The position numbers and the translations under genes are program-made. Positions 48,143 through 59,424 of a stretch of 64,000 nucleotides of DNA are shown piece by piece. The stretch is from Acetobacteraceae bacterium (GTDB lineage: Bacteria > Pseudomonadota > Alphaproteobacteria > Acetobacterales > Acetobacteraceae), in NCBI GenBank assembly GCA_947455205.1, contig CANGNF010000009.1, forward strand, positions 13,659-77,658, written 5' to 3'. Below the pieces are notes generated by a model. The model had not been told where the DNA came from. It saw only the letters and a program-made list of their open reading frames with translations, and did no database searches. The number at the start of each line of letters is the position of its first letter. Within the stretch, counting starts at the first letter, position 1.

Positions 48143-49003
48143 ATGGCCGAGATCGTCTTCGCCGCCGGCATTCCGCATGCGCCCGCGGTTGTCGGCCTGT
48201 TCGACAAGGCACCGGATGAAGCGCGCGCCGTCGTCGCCGCCACCTTCGGCGCCGTGGGTCGCGCGCTGCGGGCGGCCAGGCCCGACGTGGTGCTGGTCTT
48301 CGCCAATGACCACCTGACCAATAGCCGCATCACCGCCTATCCGGACTTCATCATCGGCCATGCCGCCGCGCATGCCGGCCCGCATGAATGGTTCAAGGAA
48401 TGGATCGGCTGCCGCGACTGGGCGCTGCCGGGCGACCCCGAGGTGGCGCGCACGTTGTTCAAGGGCCTGACGAAGCGCGGCTTCCGCATGAATGCCGAAG
48501 CCGGGCCACTGAAGTTCGACGACAACCTCTCGGTGCCCACCGTGATGACGGAGTTGGACAGCACGACCATCCGCGTGGTGCCGATCCTGCAGAACTGCAC
48601 CGTACCGCCCTTCCCCGACGGCGCCCGCTGCTACGCGTTGGGCCAGGCGGTAGCGCGCTGCATCGCCGAGGATATGCCGGCCGGCCTGCGCGTGGCGCTG
48701 ATCGGCTCCGGCGGGTTGAGCCATGAGCCCGGCGGCGCGCGCTACTACAAGATCGACGAGGAATTCGACCAACTGTTCCTGAAGCTGGCGAGCGAGCCGG
48801 ACCACGCGGCCTTCATGCGCGAGATCACCATTCCCCGCATGGAGCAGGCCGGCCTCGGCGGCACCGCGGAGGTGCTGTCCTGGTTTATCGTCATGGGCGC
48901 CATCGGTCAGCGGCGTGGCGAGAGCTTCGGCTATACCGGCTGGCCCAGCTTTCGCTGCGGCATCGGCGGCGTGGTGTGGGATATGGCGAAGGAGGCCGCG
49001 TGA
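48143..49003 (+). CDS. Class III extradiol ring-cleavage dioxygenase, LigB-type catalytic subunit
   Basis: Trimmed to ATG 48143 (GAGGAGG upstream). Begins MAEIVFAAGIPHAPAV. Contains VFANDHL and GSGGLSHEPGG. Confidence 0.85.
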   Translation: MAEIVFAAGIPHAPAVVGLFDKAPDEARAVVAATFGAVGRALRAARPDVVLVFANDHLTNSRITAYPDFIIGHAAAHAGPHEWFKEWIGCRDWALPGDPEVARTLFKGLTKRGFRMNAEAGPLKFDDNLSVPTVMTELDSTTIRVVPILQNCTVPPFPDGARCYALGQAVARCIAEDMPAGLRVALIGSGGLSHEPGGARYYKIDEEFDQLFLKLASEPDHAAFMREITIPRMEQAGLGGTAEVLSWFIVMGAIGQRRGESFGYTGWPSFRCGIGGVVWDMAKEAA

Positions 49004-49326
49004 TGTCCTGGGAAGCCTACGACCCCAGCCTGGCCGCCCACGACCTGGTCCAGGACCTAAAGTGGGACCCGGCCTTGCGTGCGCTGTTCAAGCAGAACGA
49101 AGCCGCCGTGCTGGACCGCTACCCAACCATGCTGCCGGCCGAGCGCCGCGCCATTGAGCAGCGCGACTTCCGCGCGCTGTACGACCTGGGCATGCACCCC
49201 TATCTCGGCGGGCAGCTCTCCCGCTTCATCTGGGGCAACGACGCCGGCGGCGGCGCCATCGAGGCCTCCAACCGCCTGGTCGCCTCGCTGACCGGCAGCA
49301 CCGCCAGCATTCCGGAGAAGCCTTGA
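49003..49326 (+). CDS. LigA-like small subunit of the extradiol dioxygenase
   Basis: Trimmed to MSWEAYD (TGATG overlap). AERRAIEQRDFRALYDLGMHPYLGGQL fits the LigA pattern. Confidence 0.7.
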   Translation: MSWEAYDPSLAAHDLVQDLKWDPALRALFKQNEAAVLDRYPTMLPAERRAIEQRDFRALYDLGMHPYLGGQLSRFIWGNDAGGGAIEASNRLVASLTGSTASIPEKP

Positions 49327-50279
49327 TGGCCGCGCATCGCATCGACATCCAGCACCACATCCTGCCGCCGGACTATGTCCGCATCGCCGGGGAAGAGCGG
49401 ATCGGCCCGCTGATGGTCTCCGGCAAGACGCCGCCCTGGAGCCCGGAGCTTTCCTTGGAGGCGATGGAGCGCAACGGGATCGCCACCGCCGTCGTCTCCA
49501 TCTCGGCACCCGGCGTCTGGTTCGGCGATGCCGGCCAGGCGCGGGAGTTGGCGCGCGCGACCAACGAATACGCCGCCGACCTGCGCCGCCGCTTCCCCGG
49601 CAAGTTCGGCTTCTTCGCCAGCCTGCCGCTGCCGGATGTCGCCGCCAGCCTGGATGAGATCGCCTACGCGCTAGACGTGCTGCACGCCGATGGCACCTGC
49701 CTGATGACCAATTACGGCGGCCGTTACCCCGGCAGCGCCGAGTTCGCGCCGATCTACGCCGAGTTGAACCGCCGCGGTGCGTTGGCCTTCTTCCACCCCT
49801 GCGTCGGCCCGGCGCCGATGATGCCGCCCGGCCTGCCCGCGGCCACACTGGAATTCCCGTTCGACACCACGCGCGCCATTGCGGATCTGCTCTTCTCCGG
49901 CGTGCTGGCGAAGCACCGCAACATGCGCAGCATCTTCTCCCATGCCGGCGGCGCCGTGCCCTTCCTGGCGCAGCGCATCGCCCGGCTGGAACGCCGGCCG
50001 GAGTTCCGCGAGCAGGTGCCGGATGGCGTGATGGCAGAATTGGGCCGGCTGTACTTCGACGTCGCGCTCTCGGCCAATCCGCTGGCCTTCGGGCCGATGC
50101 TGCAGGTGATCCCGCCGGAGCAGGTGCTTTTCGCCAGCGACTATCCCTTCGCGCCGGAGGACACCATGACCGCGACGGTGAAGGGCCTCGGCGCACTTGG
50201 GCTGGATGCGGCGACGCTGGCGAAGATTGAACGCGAGAACGCGCTGCGGCTGATGCCGAACCTGATGGCGGGTGGCTGA
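49326..50279 (+). CDS. Amidohydrolase-2 family enzyme (ACMSD/LigI/LigJ-like decarboxylase, hydratase or lactonase)
   Basis: ATG 49326 (TGATG overlap; TTG 49323 is also possible). Contains IDIQHHILPPDY (metal HxH), FSHAGGAVP and ASDYPF. Confidence 0.85.
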   Translation: MAAHRIDIQHHILPPDYVRIAGEERIGPLMVSGKTPPWSPELSLEAMERNGIATAVVSISAPGVWFGDAGQARELARATNEYAADLRRRFPGKFGFFASLPLPDVAASLDEIAYALDVLHADGTCLMTNYGGRYPGSAEFAPIYAELNRRGALAFFHPCVGPAPMMPPGLPAATLEFPFDTTRAIADLLFSGVLAKHRNMRSIFSHAGGAVPFLAQRIARLERRPEFREQVPDGVMAELGRLYFDVALSANPLAFGPMLQVIPPEQVLFASDYPFAPEDTMTATVKGLGALGLDAATLAKIERENALRLMPNLMAGG

Positions 50280-50283
50280 CGCC

Positions 50284-51075
50284 ATGGACCTGCAGATCGC
50301 CGGCAAGGTCGCTGTTATCACCGGACCGGCCAAGGGCATGGGCGCCGCCATCACCCTCGCCTTTGCGCGGGAAGGCTGCGACCTGGTGCTGGCCGGGCGC
50401 GACATCGCCGCCATCGAGCCCGTCGCCGAGGAAGCCCGCGCGCTCGGCCGCCGCGTGCGCGTCAGCGCCTGCGACCTGATGGACACGGCGCAGTGCCAAG
50501 CGGTGGTGGACGAAGCCATCAAGGCCCTCGGCGGCATCGACATCCTGGTCAACGTCGCCGGTGGCGCCGGGCCGATGGGCAAGACCGGCTGGGAAACCAC
50601 GCGCGACGAGTTCGACGAGATCGTCACGCTGAACATGGCCGGCTGCTTCAACACCATGCGCGCGGTGCTGCCGCACATGATCGCGCGTGGCGAGGGCCGC
50701 ATCGTCAATGTCGGCGGCACCTTCGGCATGCGCGGCCGCGCCGGGCGCATGGCCTATTCCGCCAGCAAATGGGGTCTGCGCGGCATCACCAAGTCCATGG
50801 CGCTGGAAGCCGGGCCCCATGGCATCAACGTCAACCTGGTGGCGCCGGGCATGGTCGATGGCGAGCGCTTCCGCACCAAGGTGGTGCCAACGCTGATGGC
50901 GAAGCACGGCATCACCGAGGACGAAGCCATCCGGCGCCACGCCGAGGAATACGCGCTGCGCCGCATCACCGTGGACGCGGACGTGGCCAATGCCTGCCTG
51001 TTCCTCGCCTCCCCCGTCTCCCGCCAGATCACCGGCACCGACCTGCCGGTCGATGGCGGCTGGGCCATGCTGTGA
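50284..51075 (+). CDS. Short-chain dehydrogenase/reductase (SDR)
   Basis: Begins MDLQIAGKVAVITGPAKGMGAA. Contains NVAG and the catalytic YSASK. GTG 50272 is an alternative start. Confidence 0.88.
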   Translation: MDLQIAGKVAVITGPAKGMGAAITLAFAREGCDLVLAGRDIAAIEPVAEEARALGRRVRVSACDLMDTAQCQAVVDEAIKALGGIDILVNVAGGAGPMGKTGWETTRDEFDEIVTLNMAGCFNTMRAVLPHMIARGEGRIVNVGGTFGMRGRAGRMAYSASKWGLRGITKSMALEAGPHGINVNLVAPGMVDGERFRTKVVPTLMAKHGITEDEAIRRHAEEYALRRITVDADVANACLFLASPVSRQITGTDLPVDGGWAML

Positions 51076-51089
51076 ACAAGGACGCCGCC

Positions 51090-52508
51090 ATGCTTGCCGA
51101 CCTGGTCATCCATAACGGCCGCATCGTCCACCCCGATGGCATCGTGGACGCCAGCCTGACCATCGCCGGCGGCCGCATCCTGGCCATCGGCGCGCCGGAA
51201 GCCATGCCGGCCGCGAAGGAAACGCTGGACGCCAGCGGCCTGCACATCCTGCCCGGCGCCATCGATGTGCACGTGCATTTCCGCGACCCCGGCTATACGC
51301 ACAAGGAGGACTGGGACACCGGCACCACCTCCGCGGCCTTCGGCGGCGTCACCACCGTCTTCGACATGCCGAACACCGTGCCCGCCACCGCCAACGCCCA
51401 GGCGCTGGCCGAGAAACACGCCATCGCCAGCAGCCGCGCCCGCATCGACTACGGCCTCTACGCCTATCTCGGCGAAAGCAGCATCGAGCAGGTGCCCGAG
51501 ATGGTCGCCGGCGGCATCATCGGCTTCAAGCTCTATATGGGGGAGACCTTCGGCAAGCTGGCCACGCCCTCCACCGGCGCCATGCTGGAAGCCTTCGAGG
51601 TCGTGGCGCCCACCGGCAAGCGCATCTCCCTGCATGCCGAGACCGCCAGCATCATGGCGCGGCGGGAAGCGCGGATGCGCGCCGCCGGCCGCACCGACGC
51701 GCTGGCCCACCTGGCCGCCCGCCCCGCCGTGGTCGCGACGGAAGCCGTCAGCCGCGCCGCCGTGCTGGCGGAATGGACCGGCGCGCGCATCCACATCCTG
51801 CACATCTCCTCCGCTGCCGAGTTACGCCCGCTGGCGGAAGCCAAGGCCCGCGGCGTCGACATCACCGGGGAGACCTGTCCGCACTACCTGTTCCTCTCGG
51901 CCGACGACTACGCCCGCTGCGGTGGCGTCATCCGCGTCAACCCGCCGGTGCGGGAAGCCGACAACCAGGCGCCGCTGTGGAACGCGCTGATGGACGGCAC
52001 GGTGGACATGATCGCCACCGACCACGCGCCGCACGCCCCGCCGGAGAAGACCCGCAACGACATCTGGAGCGTGGATTGCGGCTTCCCGGGCGTGGAGACG
52101 CAGATGTCGCTGATGCTGAGCCAGGTCAGTGCCGGCCGCGCCACCATCTGCGACTATGTCCGCTGGAGCGCCTACAACCCCGCGCGCAACTGGGGCCTGT
52201 TCCCGCGCAAGGGCACCATCCAGCCCGGCGCCGATGCCGACCTGGCGCTTGTGGACCTGGGCCAGGACATGGTGCTGGATGACGCGGCGCTGCATTCGCG
52301 CTCCAAGATCTCGCCCTGGCATGGCCGCCGGGTGAAGGGCCTGCCGATCCACACCATCGTGCGTGGCCGCTTCATCCTGCGCAATCGCGCGCTGGTGGAG
52401 GGCACCGAGGGCTGGGGCCAATCGGTCCATGCCATCCAGCAGATGCCGCCGGCGCAGCCGCGCAACACCGACAAGACCATGCAGGCCATCGTCCAACTGC
52501 CCGGCTGA
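51090..52508 (+). CDS. Dihydroorotase/allantoinase/hydantoinase-type cyclic amidohydrolase
   Basis: Begins MLADLVIHNGRIV. Contains PGAIDVHVHFRDPG...GGVTTVFDMPNT and ATDHAPH. An alternative GTG at 51072 overlaps the SDR stop. Confidence 0.85.
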   Translation: MLADLVIHNGRIVHPDGIVDASLTIAGGRILAIGAPEAMPAAKETLDASGLHILPGAIDVHVHFRDPGYTHKEDWDTGTTSAAFGGVTTVFDMPNTVPATANAQALAEKHAIASSRARIDYGLYAYLGESSIEQVPEMVAGGIIGFKLYMGETFGKLATPSTGAMLEAFEVVAPTGKRISLHAETASIMARREARMRAAGRTDALAHLAARPAVVATEAVSRAAVLAEWTGARIHILHISSAAELRPLAEAKARGVDITGETCPHYLFLSADDYARCGGVIRVNPPVREADNQAPLWNALMDGTVDMIATDHAPHAPPEKTRNDIWSVDCGFPGVETQMSLMLSQVSAGRATICDYVRWSAYNPARNWGLFPRKGTIQPGADADLALVDLGQDMVLDDAALHSRSKISPWHGRRVKGLPIHTIVRGRFILRNRALVEGTEGWGQSVHAIQQMPPAQPRNTDKTMQAIVQLPG

Positions 52509-52574
52509 ACGCGGCGGCTTGTGGCGGCGCCGCTCCGGCCCGATCCTGTGCCCCTGCGCAGGAAAGGGCATGGC

Positions 52575-53456
52575 ATGGCAATCCGCACGGTGGGCGTGGT
52601 CGGGCTCGGCAACATGGGTCTCGGCATGGCGGCAACGCTGGTGCGCGCGGGCTTCACGGTGCTGGGCACCGATATCAGCGCCGCGCGCCGCGCCCCGGCG
52701 GAGGACGCCGGCATCGGCTTTCTGGACAGCCTGGTGGACCTGCAGCAGCAGGCCGATGCACTGGTCTTCTCGCTGCCCTATGCGCGGGATGTCGAGGCCG
52801 TGGTCACCGCGCCCGGCGGCCTGCTGGCGCGGCGCGACCGCAAGGTGGTTGTGATCGACACCTCCACCTCGGACCCCGGCACCTCTCGCCGCCTGGCCGC
52901 GCTGCTGGCGGAGGCGGGGCACGCGCTGCTGGACGCGCCGGTCAGCGGCGGCCCGGCCGGCGCCGCCACGGGCAGCCTGACCATGATGATCGGCGGCGAG
53001 GCCGCTGACCTGGCGCTGGTGCAGCCGGTGGTCGCCGCGCTCTCCGCCACCGCTCTTCATGTCGGGCCTTCCGGCGCCGGCAACATCGCCAAGCTGGTCA
53101 ACAACATGCTCGTCGCCGCCCACCTGATCACCACCGGGGAAGCGATGCGCCTTTCGGAAGCCGCCGGCCTGCCCGCCGAGGCGGTGCTGAAGGTGGTCAA
53201 CGCCGCCACCGGCCGCAGCGCGGTCAGCGAGGCGATGCTGCCGCGCTGGGTGCTGCCCGGCAGCTTCGACAGCGGCTTCTCCGCCGGTCTGATGCGGAAG
53301 GATGTCCGCCTGGCCGCCGAACTGGCGCAGCAGACCGGCACCAACCTGCCGCTTTCGGCCGAGGTCGCGCGCATCTGGGACAGCACCCGCGGGCGCATCG
53401 CCGATACCGAGGACTTCACCCACATGGCCGACCACCGCACCGACCGGGACTACTGA
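52575..53456 (+). CDS. NAD(P)-dependent 3-hydroxyisobutyrate/tartronate-semialdehyde reductase-family dehydrogenase
   Basis: Begins MAIRTVGVVGLGNMGLGMAATL. Contains LDAPVSGG and GAGNIAKLVNNML. Confidence 0.88.
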   Translation: MAIRTVGVVGLGNMGLGMAATLVRAGFTVLGTDISAARRAPAEDAGIGFLDSLVDLQQQADALVFSLPYARDVEAVVTAPGGLLARRDRKVVVIDTSTSDPGTSRRLAALLAEAGHALLDAPVSGGPAGAATGSLTMMIGGEAADLALVQPVVAALSATALHVGPSGAGNIAKLVNNMLVAAHLITTGEAMRLSEAAGLPAEAVLKVVNAATGRSAVSEAMLPRWVLPGSFDSGFSAGLMRKDVRLAAELAQQTGTNLPLSAEVARIWDSTRGRIADTEDFTHMADHRTDRDY

Positions 53457-53457
53457 C

Positions 53458-54984
53458 ATGCCAAGCGCAACCGCCGCCCGCGTCCGCGATCTCCTCGCTG
53501 CCCTGCTGCCCGGCGGCGTCGTCGGCAGCTTCGTCGCCGGGGAGATCCTGCCCGGCACCGGCGCGCCGTTGGACATCACCAACCCCGCCGATGGCCAGGT
53601 GCTGCTGACCTACGCCGATGCCGGCGCCCCGGTGGTCGACGCCGCCATGGCCGCGGCACGCCAGGGCCAGCGGGCCTGGTGGGCGATGACCGCCTCCGCC
53701 CGCGGCCGGGCGATGTGGGAGGTGGCGCGCCTGGTCCGCGCCCAGGCCGCCGCGCTGGCGGAGCTGGAGACGCTCTCGGCCGGCAAGCCGATCCGCGACA
53801 CCGTCGGGGAGGTCGCCCGCGTCGCCGAGATGTTCGAATACTACGCCGGCTGGTGCGACAAGCTGCATGGCGAGGTCATTCCCGTCCCGAGCAGCCACCT
53901 GAACTACACAAGGCCGGAGCCGCTCGGCACCGTGGTGCAGATCACCCCCTGGAACGCGCCGCTATTCACCGCGGGCTGGCAGATCGCCCCGGCCATCTGC
54001 GCCGGCAATGCGGCGGTGCTGAAGCCGTCGGAACTCACGCCGCTCACCTCGGTGGCGCTGGGCGCGCTCTGCCACCAGGCCGGGCTGCCGAGGGGCCTCG
54101 TCTCCGTGCTGGCGGGCGCCGGGCCCAGCACCGGTGCCGCCGCGGTGGGCCATGCCGAAACCCGGCTGGTGGTCTTCGTCGGCTCCGCCGCCACCGGGGC
54201 CAACATCGCGGCGCAGGCGGCGCGCAACATCGTGCCCTGCATCCTGGAACTCGGCGGCAAGTCGGCCAACATCGTGTTCGAGGATGCCGACCTCGACCGC
54301 GCGCTGCTCGGCGCCCAGGCGGCGGTGTTCGGCGGCGCCGGGCAGAGCTGCGTCGCCGGCTCCCGCCTGCTGGTGCAGCGCGGCGTGCGCGACCGCTTCC
54401 TGCAGCGGCTGGCGGAGGCCAGTGCCCGCATCCCCGTTGGCGCCCCCAGCGACCCTGCGACGCAGATCGGCCCGATCAACAACCGCCGCCAGTTGGACCG
54501 CATCACCGCCATGGTCGGCGCGGCGCAGGCGGCGGGCGCGCGCCTGACCACCGGCGGCGGCTGCCCCGCCCCGCTGCGGGCGACCGGCGGCTTCTACTAC
54601 GCACCGACCATCCTGGACGGTGTCTCCCCCGCCGCCGAGATCGCCCGCGAGGAGGTGTTCGGCCCGGTCCTGGCCGCCCTGCCCTTCGACACCGAGGAGG
54701 AGGCGATCGAGCTGGCCAACGCCACGCCCTACGGCCTGGCCGGCGCGGTCTGGACCCGCGATGTCGGGCGCGCCCACCGCGTGGCGGCCGGGGTGCGCGC
54801 CGGCACCTTCTGGATCAACGGCTACAAGACAATCAGCGTCATGTCGCCCTTCGGCGGCTTCGGGCGCAGCGGCTTCGGCCGTTCCTCGGGGAAGGAAGCG
54901 CTGCTGGCCTATACCCAGGCCAAGAGCGTCTGGGTGGAGACCGCGGCCGAGCCGGTGGCGAATTTCGGCTACGCCGACCGCTGA
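53458..54984 (+). CDS. NAD(P)+-dependent aldehyde dehydrogenase
   Basis: Trimmed to ATG 53458, 2 nt after the upstream stop. Contains ITPWNAPL, LELGGKSANIVF, the catalytic Cys context GAGQSCVAGSRL, and EEVFGPV. Confidence 0.92.
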   Translation: MPSATAARVRDLLAALLPGGVVGSFVAGEILPGTGAPLDITNPADGQVLLTYADAGAPVVDAAMAAARQGQRAWWAMTASARGRAMWEVARLVRAQAAALAELETLSAGKPIRDTVGEVARVAEMFEYYAGWCDKLHGEVIPVPSSHLNYTRPEPLGTVVQITPWNAPLFTAGWQIAPAICAGNAAVLKPSELTPLTSVALGALCHQAGLPRGLVSVLAGAGPSTGAAAVGHAETRLVVFVGSAATGANIAAQAARNIVPCILELGGKSANIVFEDADLDRALLGAQAAVFGGAGQSCVAGSRLLVQRGVRDRFLQRLAEASARIPVGAPSDPATQIGPINNRRQLDRITAMVGAAQAAGARLTTGGGCPAPLRATGGFYYAPTILDGVSPAAEIAREEVFGPVLAALPFDTEEEAIELANATPYGLAGAVWTRDVGRAHRVAAGVRAGTFWINGYKTISVMSPFGGFGRSGFGRSSGKEALLAYTQAKSVWVETAAEPVANFGYADR

Positions 54985-55054
54985 ACGCGGCGTCCCGACA
55001 GCGCTTGTCGCTGGCCACGGGCGATGCCTAAGCTTGACCCAGCCGGGGGTGGTC

Positions 55055-56191
55055 ATGACGCGCATTCGCAGCATTGAGGTGGTGCCGGTCGAGGCACCGG
55101 TCGCCGTTCCCTATGGCTCCTCGCGCGGGCTGGTGCCCAAGCGCCAGGCCGGCATCATCCGGCTGCGGACCGAGGACGGCATCGAAGGCATCGGCGAGGC
55201 CTGGGGCCCGCCCGGCGTCACCCGCGCCTACCTGGAGACGGTGCAGGCCCGCTTCATCGGCGCGGAGTTGTCGGCGCAGCGCGGCGTGGCGCAGCAGGTG
55301 CTGGCCAGCCACTACCACTTCGGCACCGCCAACGGCCTCATCGCGCTGCTGGGCGGCATCGACATCGCGGCACATGACGCGCTGGGCAAGCGCTACGGCG
55401 TCAGCGTGGCGGAACTCATCGGCGGGCGGCTGCGCGAGCAGATACCGGTCTACGGCAGCGGCGGCTACTTCACGGCGGATGACGACCAGGACGCCGCGCT
55501 GGCCCGCCAGCTGGAACGCGCCGTCGCCGCCGGCCATACCGCGCACAAGATCAAGATCGGTCGCAACACCCGGCAGGATGCGGCGCGCTGCGCGCTGGCG
55601 CGGCGCATCATCGGCCCGGATGCGCTGCTGACCGTGGACGGCAACGGCAACATGACCGCCGAGGGCGCGCTGGCCAGCATGCGCGCCATCGCGGACAGCG
55701 ACATCCACTGGTACGAGGAACCGGTCGCGCCGCAGGACTGGGCCGGCTACGCGCAGCTGCGGGACCGCGCGCCCATCCCGATCGCGGCCGGGGAGGCGCA
55801 TTACGCGCTGTTCGAGCATCGCCGGCTGATCGACGGCAGACTGGCCGCCGTGCTGCAACCGGACCTGACGCTGTGCGGCGGCTTCGCCGTGGCACAGACC
55901 ATCGGCGCGCTGGTGAATGCGGAGCATCTGCGCCTGTCGCCGCATTGCTGGGGCAGCGGCGTCGGGCTGGCCGCGGCGTTGCAGCTGATGGCGGCGCAGC
56001 CCGCCTACCCCGCCGGCGACCACGTGCCGCTGCCGGCGCTGCTGGAATACGATACCGGCGACAACCAGCTGCGCGACGGCGTGCTGGCGGAACCGCTGCG
56101 CTACCACGCGGGCATGCTGCAGGTGCCGCGCGGCCCCGGCCTCGGCATCACCCTGGACGAGGCCGCGCTGCGCCGCTTCGCGCCGGCATGA
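55055..56191 (+). CDS. Enolase-superfamily enzyme (mandelate racemase/muconate lactonizing family, KxK subgroup)
   Basis: Trimmed to ATG 55055. Begins MTRIRSIEVVPVEAPV. Contains AHKIKIG, VDGNGNM, YEEPV and AAGEA. Confidence 0.85.
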   Translation: MTRIRSIEVVPVEAPVAVPYGSSRGLVPKRQAGIIRLRTEDGIEGIGEAWGPPGVTRAYLETVQARFIGAELSAQRGVAQQVLASHYHFGTANGLIALLGGIDIAAHDALGKRYGVSVAELIGGRLREQIPVYGSGGYFTADDDQDAALARQLERAVAAGHTAHKIKIGRNTRQDAARCALARRIIGPDALLTVDGNGNMTAEGALASMRAIADSDIHWYEEPVAPQDWAGYAQLRDRAPIPIAAGEAHYALFEHRRLIDGRLAAVLQPDLTLCGGFAVAQTIGALVNAEHLRLSPHCWGSGVGLAAALQLMAAQPAYPAGDHVPLPALLEYDTGDNQLRDGVLAEPLRYHAGMLQVPRGPGLGITLDEAALRRFAPA

Positions 56192-57137
56192 GCGAGGCGC
56201 TGCTGCGGGTGGAGGGACTGTCCGTCGCCTTCCGCGGCGGCGCGATCCAGGCGGTGGACGGCGTGGACCTGGCGCTGCACGCCGGCGAGACCCTGGCCGT
56301 GGTGGGTGAAAGCGGCAGCGGCAAGAGCGTGACCGCGCTGGCGACGCTGCGCCTCTTCGCGCGGGAGGACGACGTCCGCACCGCCGGGCGCATCCTGTTC
56401 CAGGGCGAGGACCTGCTGGGCCTGCCGGAAGCCGAACTACGCAAGCGGCGCGGGCGCGACATCGGCATCATCTTCCAGGACCCCGGCGCCAGCCTGAACC
56501 CGGTCTTCAACATCGGTCGCCAGATCACCGAGGTGCTGCGCCGCCACAAGCACCTGCCGCGCGCGGAAGCCGAGGCGGAGGCGCTGCGGCTGCTGCGCGA
56601 GGTCGGCATCAGCGACCCCGAAGGCCGGCTGCGCAGCTACCCGCACCAGCTTTCCGGCGGCATGCGGCAGCGGGTGATGATCGCCATCGCGCTGGCCTGC
56701 GGGCCGCGGGTGCTGATCGCGGACGAGCCGACCACGGCGCTGGACGTGACCATCCAGGCGCAGATCCTCGGCCTGCTGAAGGCGCTGCAGGCGGCGCATG
56801 GCATGGCGCTGCTGTTCATCACGCATGACCTGGAACTGGTTGGCGACATCGCCGACCGCATCGCGGTGATGTATGCCGGCCAAGTGGTGGAAAGCGGCCC
56901 GGCCGCCGAGGTGCTGGCCGACCCGCGCCACCCCTATACCCGCGCCCTGCTGGACTGCCGGCCGCATCGCGGTGCCGATGGCGAGGTCCACTTCGCCGCC
57001 ATTCCCGGCACGCCGCCGCGTGGCGTCTTCCCCGGCGGCTGCCGCTTCGCCGCGCGCTGCGCCAGGCGCGCGGCTGGATGCGAGCAGCCGCAACCGCTGC
57101 TGACGGAGGGCGCGCGCGCGGTGCGCTGCTGCCGGGC

Positions 57138-57141
<4 letters not shown>
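56188..57141 (+). CDS. ABC transporter ATP-binding protein (DppD/OppD-like)
   Basis: ATG 56188 (ATGA overlap). Contains [16 protein letters not shown] and [11 protein letters not shown]. Confidence 0.9.
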
Positions 57142-58068
<927 letters not shown>

Positions 58069-58088
<20 letters not shown>

Positions 58089-58953
58089 CCTGCTCGTCGT
58101 CGGCGCCGGCGGCTTCGTCGGCGCCGCCTGCACCCGCGCCCTGCTGGCGGCGGGGCACCGTGTGTTCGCGCTGGAACCCGTGCGGCCGCAGGCGGTGCCG
58201 GGGGGGGCCACGCTGCTGCCTGGCGGCCTGGCCGATGCCGACGCGGCGCTGGCGGAAGCGCGGCCGGATTGCGTGCTGAACTTCGCCGCTTTCTCGGCCG
58301 GCCCCGTTGGCCTGGCCCGTTCCGGCGAGGCGTCACCGGACCGCGCGCTGGAAGTGAATGCGCTGGGCTTCCACGCCCTGCTGCGCGCCGCGCACCAGGC
58401 CGGCGTGAAGCGCGTGCTGTGGTCCTCCTCCACCGTCGCCATCGGCCCCGCCACGCGGGAGATGCGCGAGGACGAGGACGTCCCCTGCGCCCCCGTCACC
58501 AGCTACGGCCTTTCCAAGCTGGTGGCCGAACAGGTGGCCGCATTCTTCCGTCGCACCGCGGGCATGGACATCACCGGCATCCGCCTACCGCTGATCCTGG
58601 GCCCCGGGCTGTGGTACGACGGCGCGGCGGCGGCGGTGAAGCGGCTGGCCGCGGGGCAGCCGGCAGCGGTCGGCGCGCCGGACCTGCCCTTCGACGCCGC
58701 CGATGTGCGCGATGTCGCCCGGCTCTTCGCCTTGCTGGTGGCGCGGCCCGGCTTGGCGCCGCTGTACCACTTGGCTGGCACCACCACGACCTGGCGGCAG
58801 ATCGCCACGCTCTGCGGCGCCGAATTGCAGCCGGCGCCGGCGGGCATCGCCTGGCCCCTCGTCAGCCAGGCGCGGCTGGAACAGGATACCGGCTTCACCT
58901 GCACCCACGACCTGGGCGCCACGCTGCGCGCCCTCCGGGAGGATCGCGCATGA
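58069..58953 (+). CDS. NAD-dependent epimerase/dehydratase-family protein (extended SDR)
   Basis: GTG start overlapping the upstream gene by 20 nt. Contains LLVVGAGGFVGAACTRALLAAGHRV. The catalytic YxxxK appears as SYGLSK. Confidence 0.75.
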
Positions 58954-59411
58954 GCATCGAGCAACGCCTGGCCGAGTTGGGCATCACCCTGCCGCCGCCA
59001 CGCGCGCCGGTCTTCGGCTATGTGCCGGTGGCGGTGGAGGGCGGCCTTGCCTGGGTCTCCGGGCAACTGCCCTGGGCCGGCGACGGGCTGCTGGCCAAGG
59101 GGCGCCTGGGCGCCGAGGTGGATGTGGAGACCGGCCGCGCCGTGGCCCGCTGCTGCCTGCTGAACGGGCTTGCCGTGCTGAAGGAAGCGCTGGGTTCGCT
59201 GGACCGCGTGCAGCGCATCGTCAAGGTCGTCGGCTTCGTCAGCTCCGCCCCAGGCTTCTACGACCAGCCGGCGGTGGTGGACGGTGCCTCGCACCTGCTG
59301 ACCGAGCTGTTCGGCGAGGCAGGGCGCCATGCGCGCTCGGCCGTCGGCGTCGCCGCGCTGCCGCGCGATGTGCCGGTGGAAGTTGAATTCGTCGCCGCCA
59401 TCCGCGGCTGA
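58950..59411 (+). CDS. RidA/YjgF-family enamine/imine deaminase
   Basis: ATG 58950 (ATGA overlap). Begins MSIEQRLAELGITLPPP. Contains ARSAVGVAALPRDVPVEVEF. Confidence 0.85.
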   Translation: MSIEQRLAELGITLPPPRAPVFGYVPVAVEGGLAWVSGQLPWAGDGLLAKGRLGAEVDVETGRAVARCCLLNGLAVLKEALGSLDRVQRIVKVVGFVSSAPGFYDQPAVVDGASHLLTELFGEAGRHARSAVGVAALPRDVPVEVEFVAAIRG

Positions 59412-59424
59412 AGGAGGAACTGGG

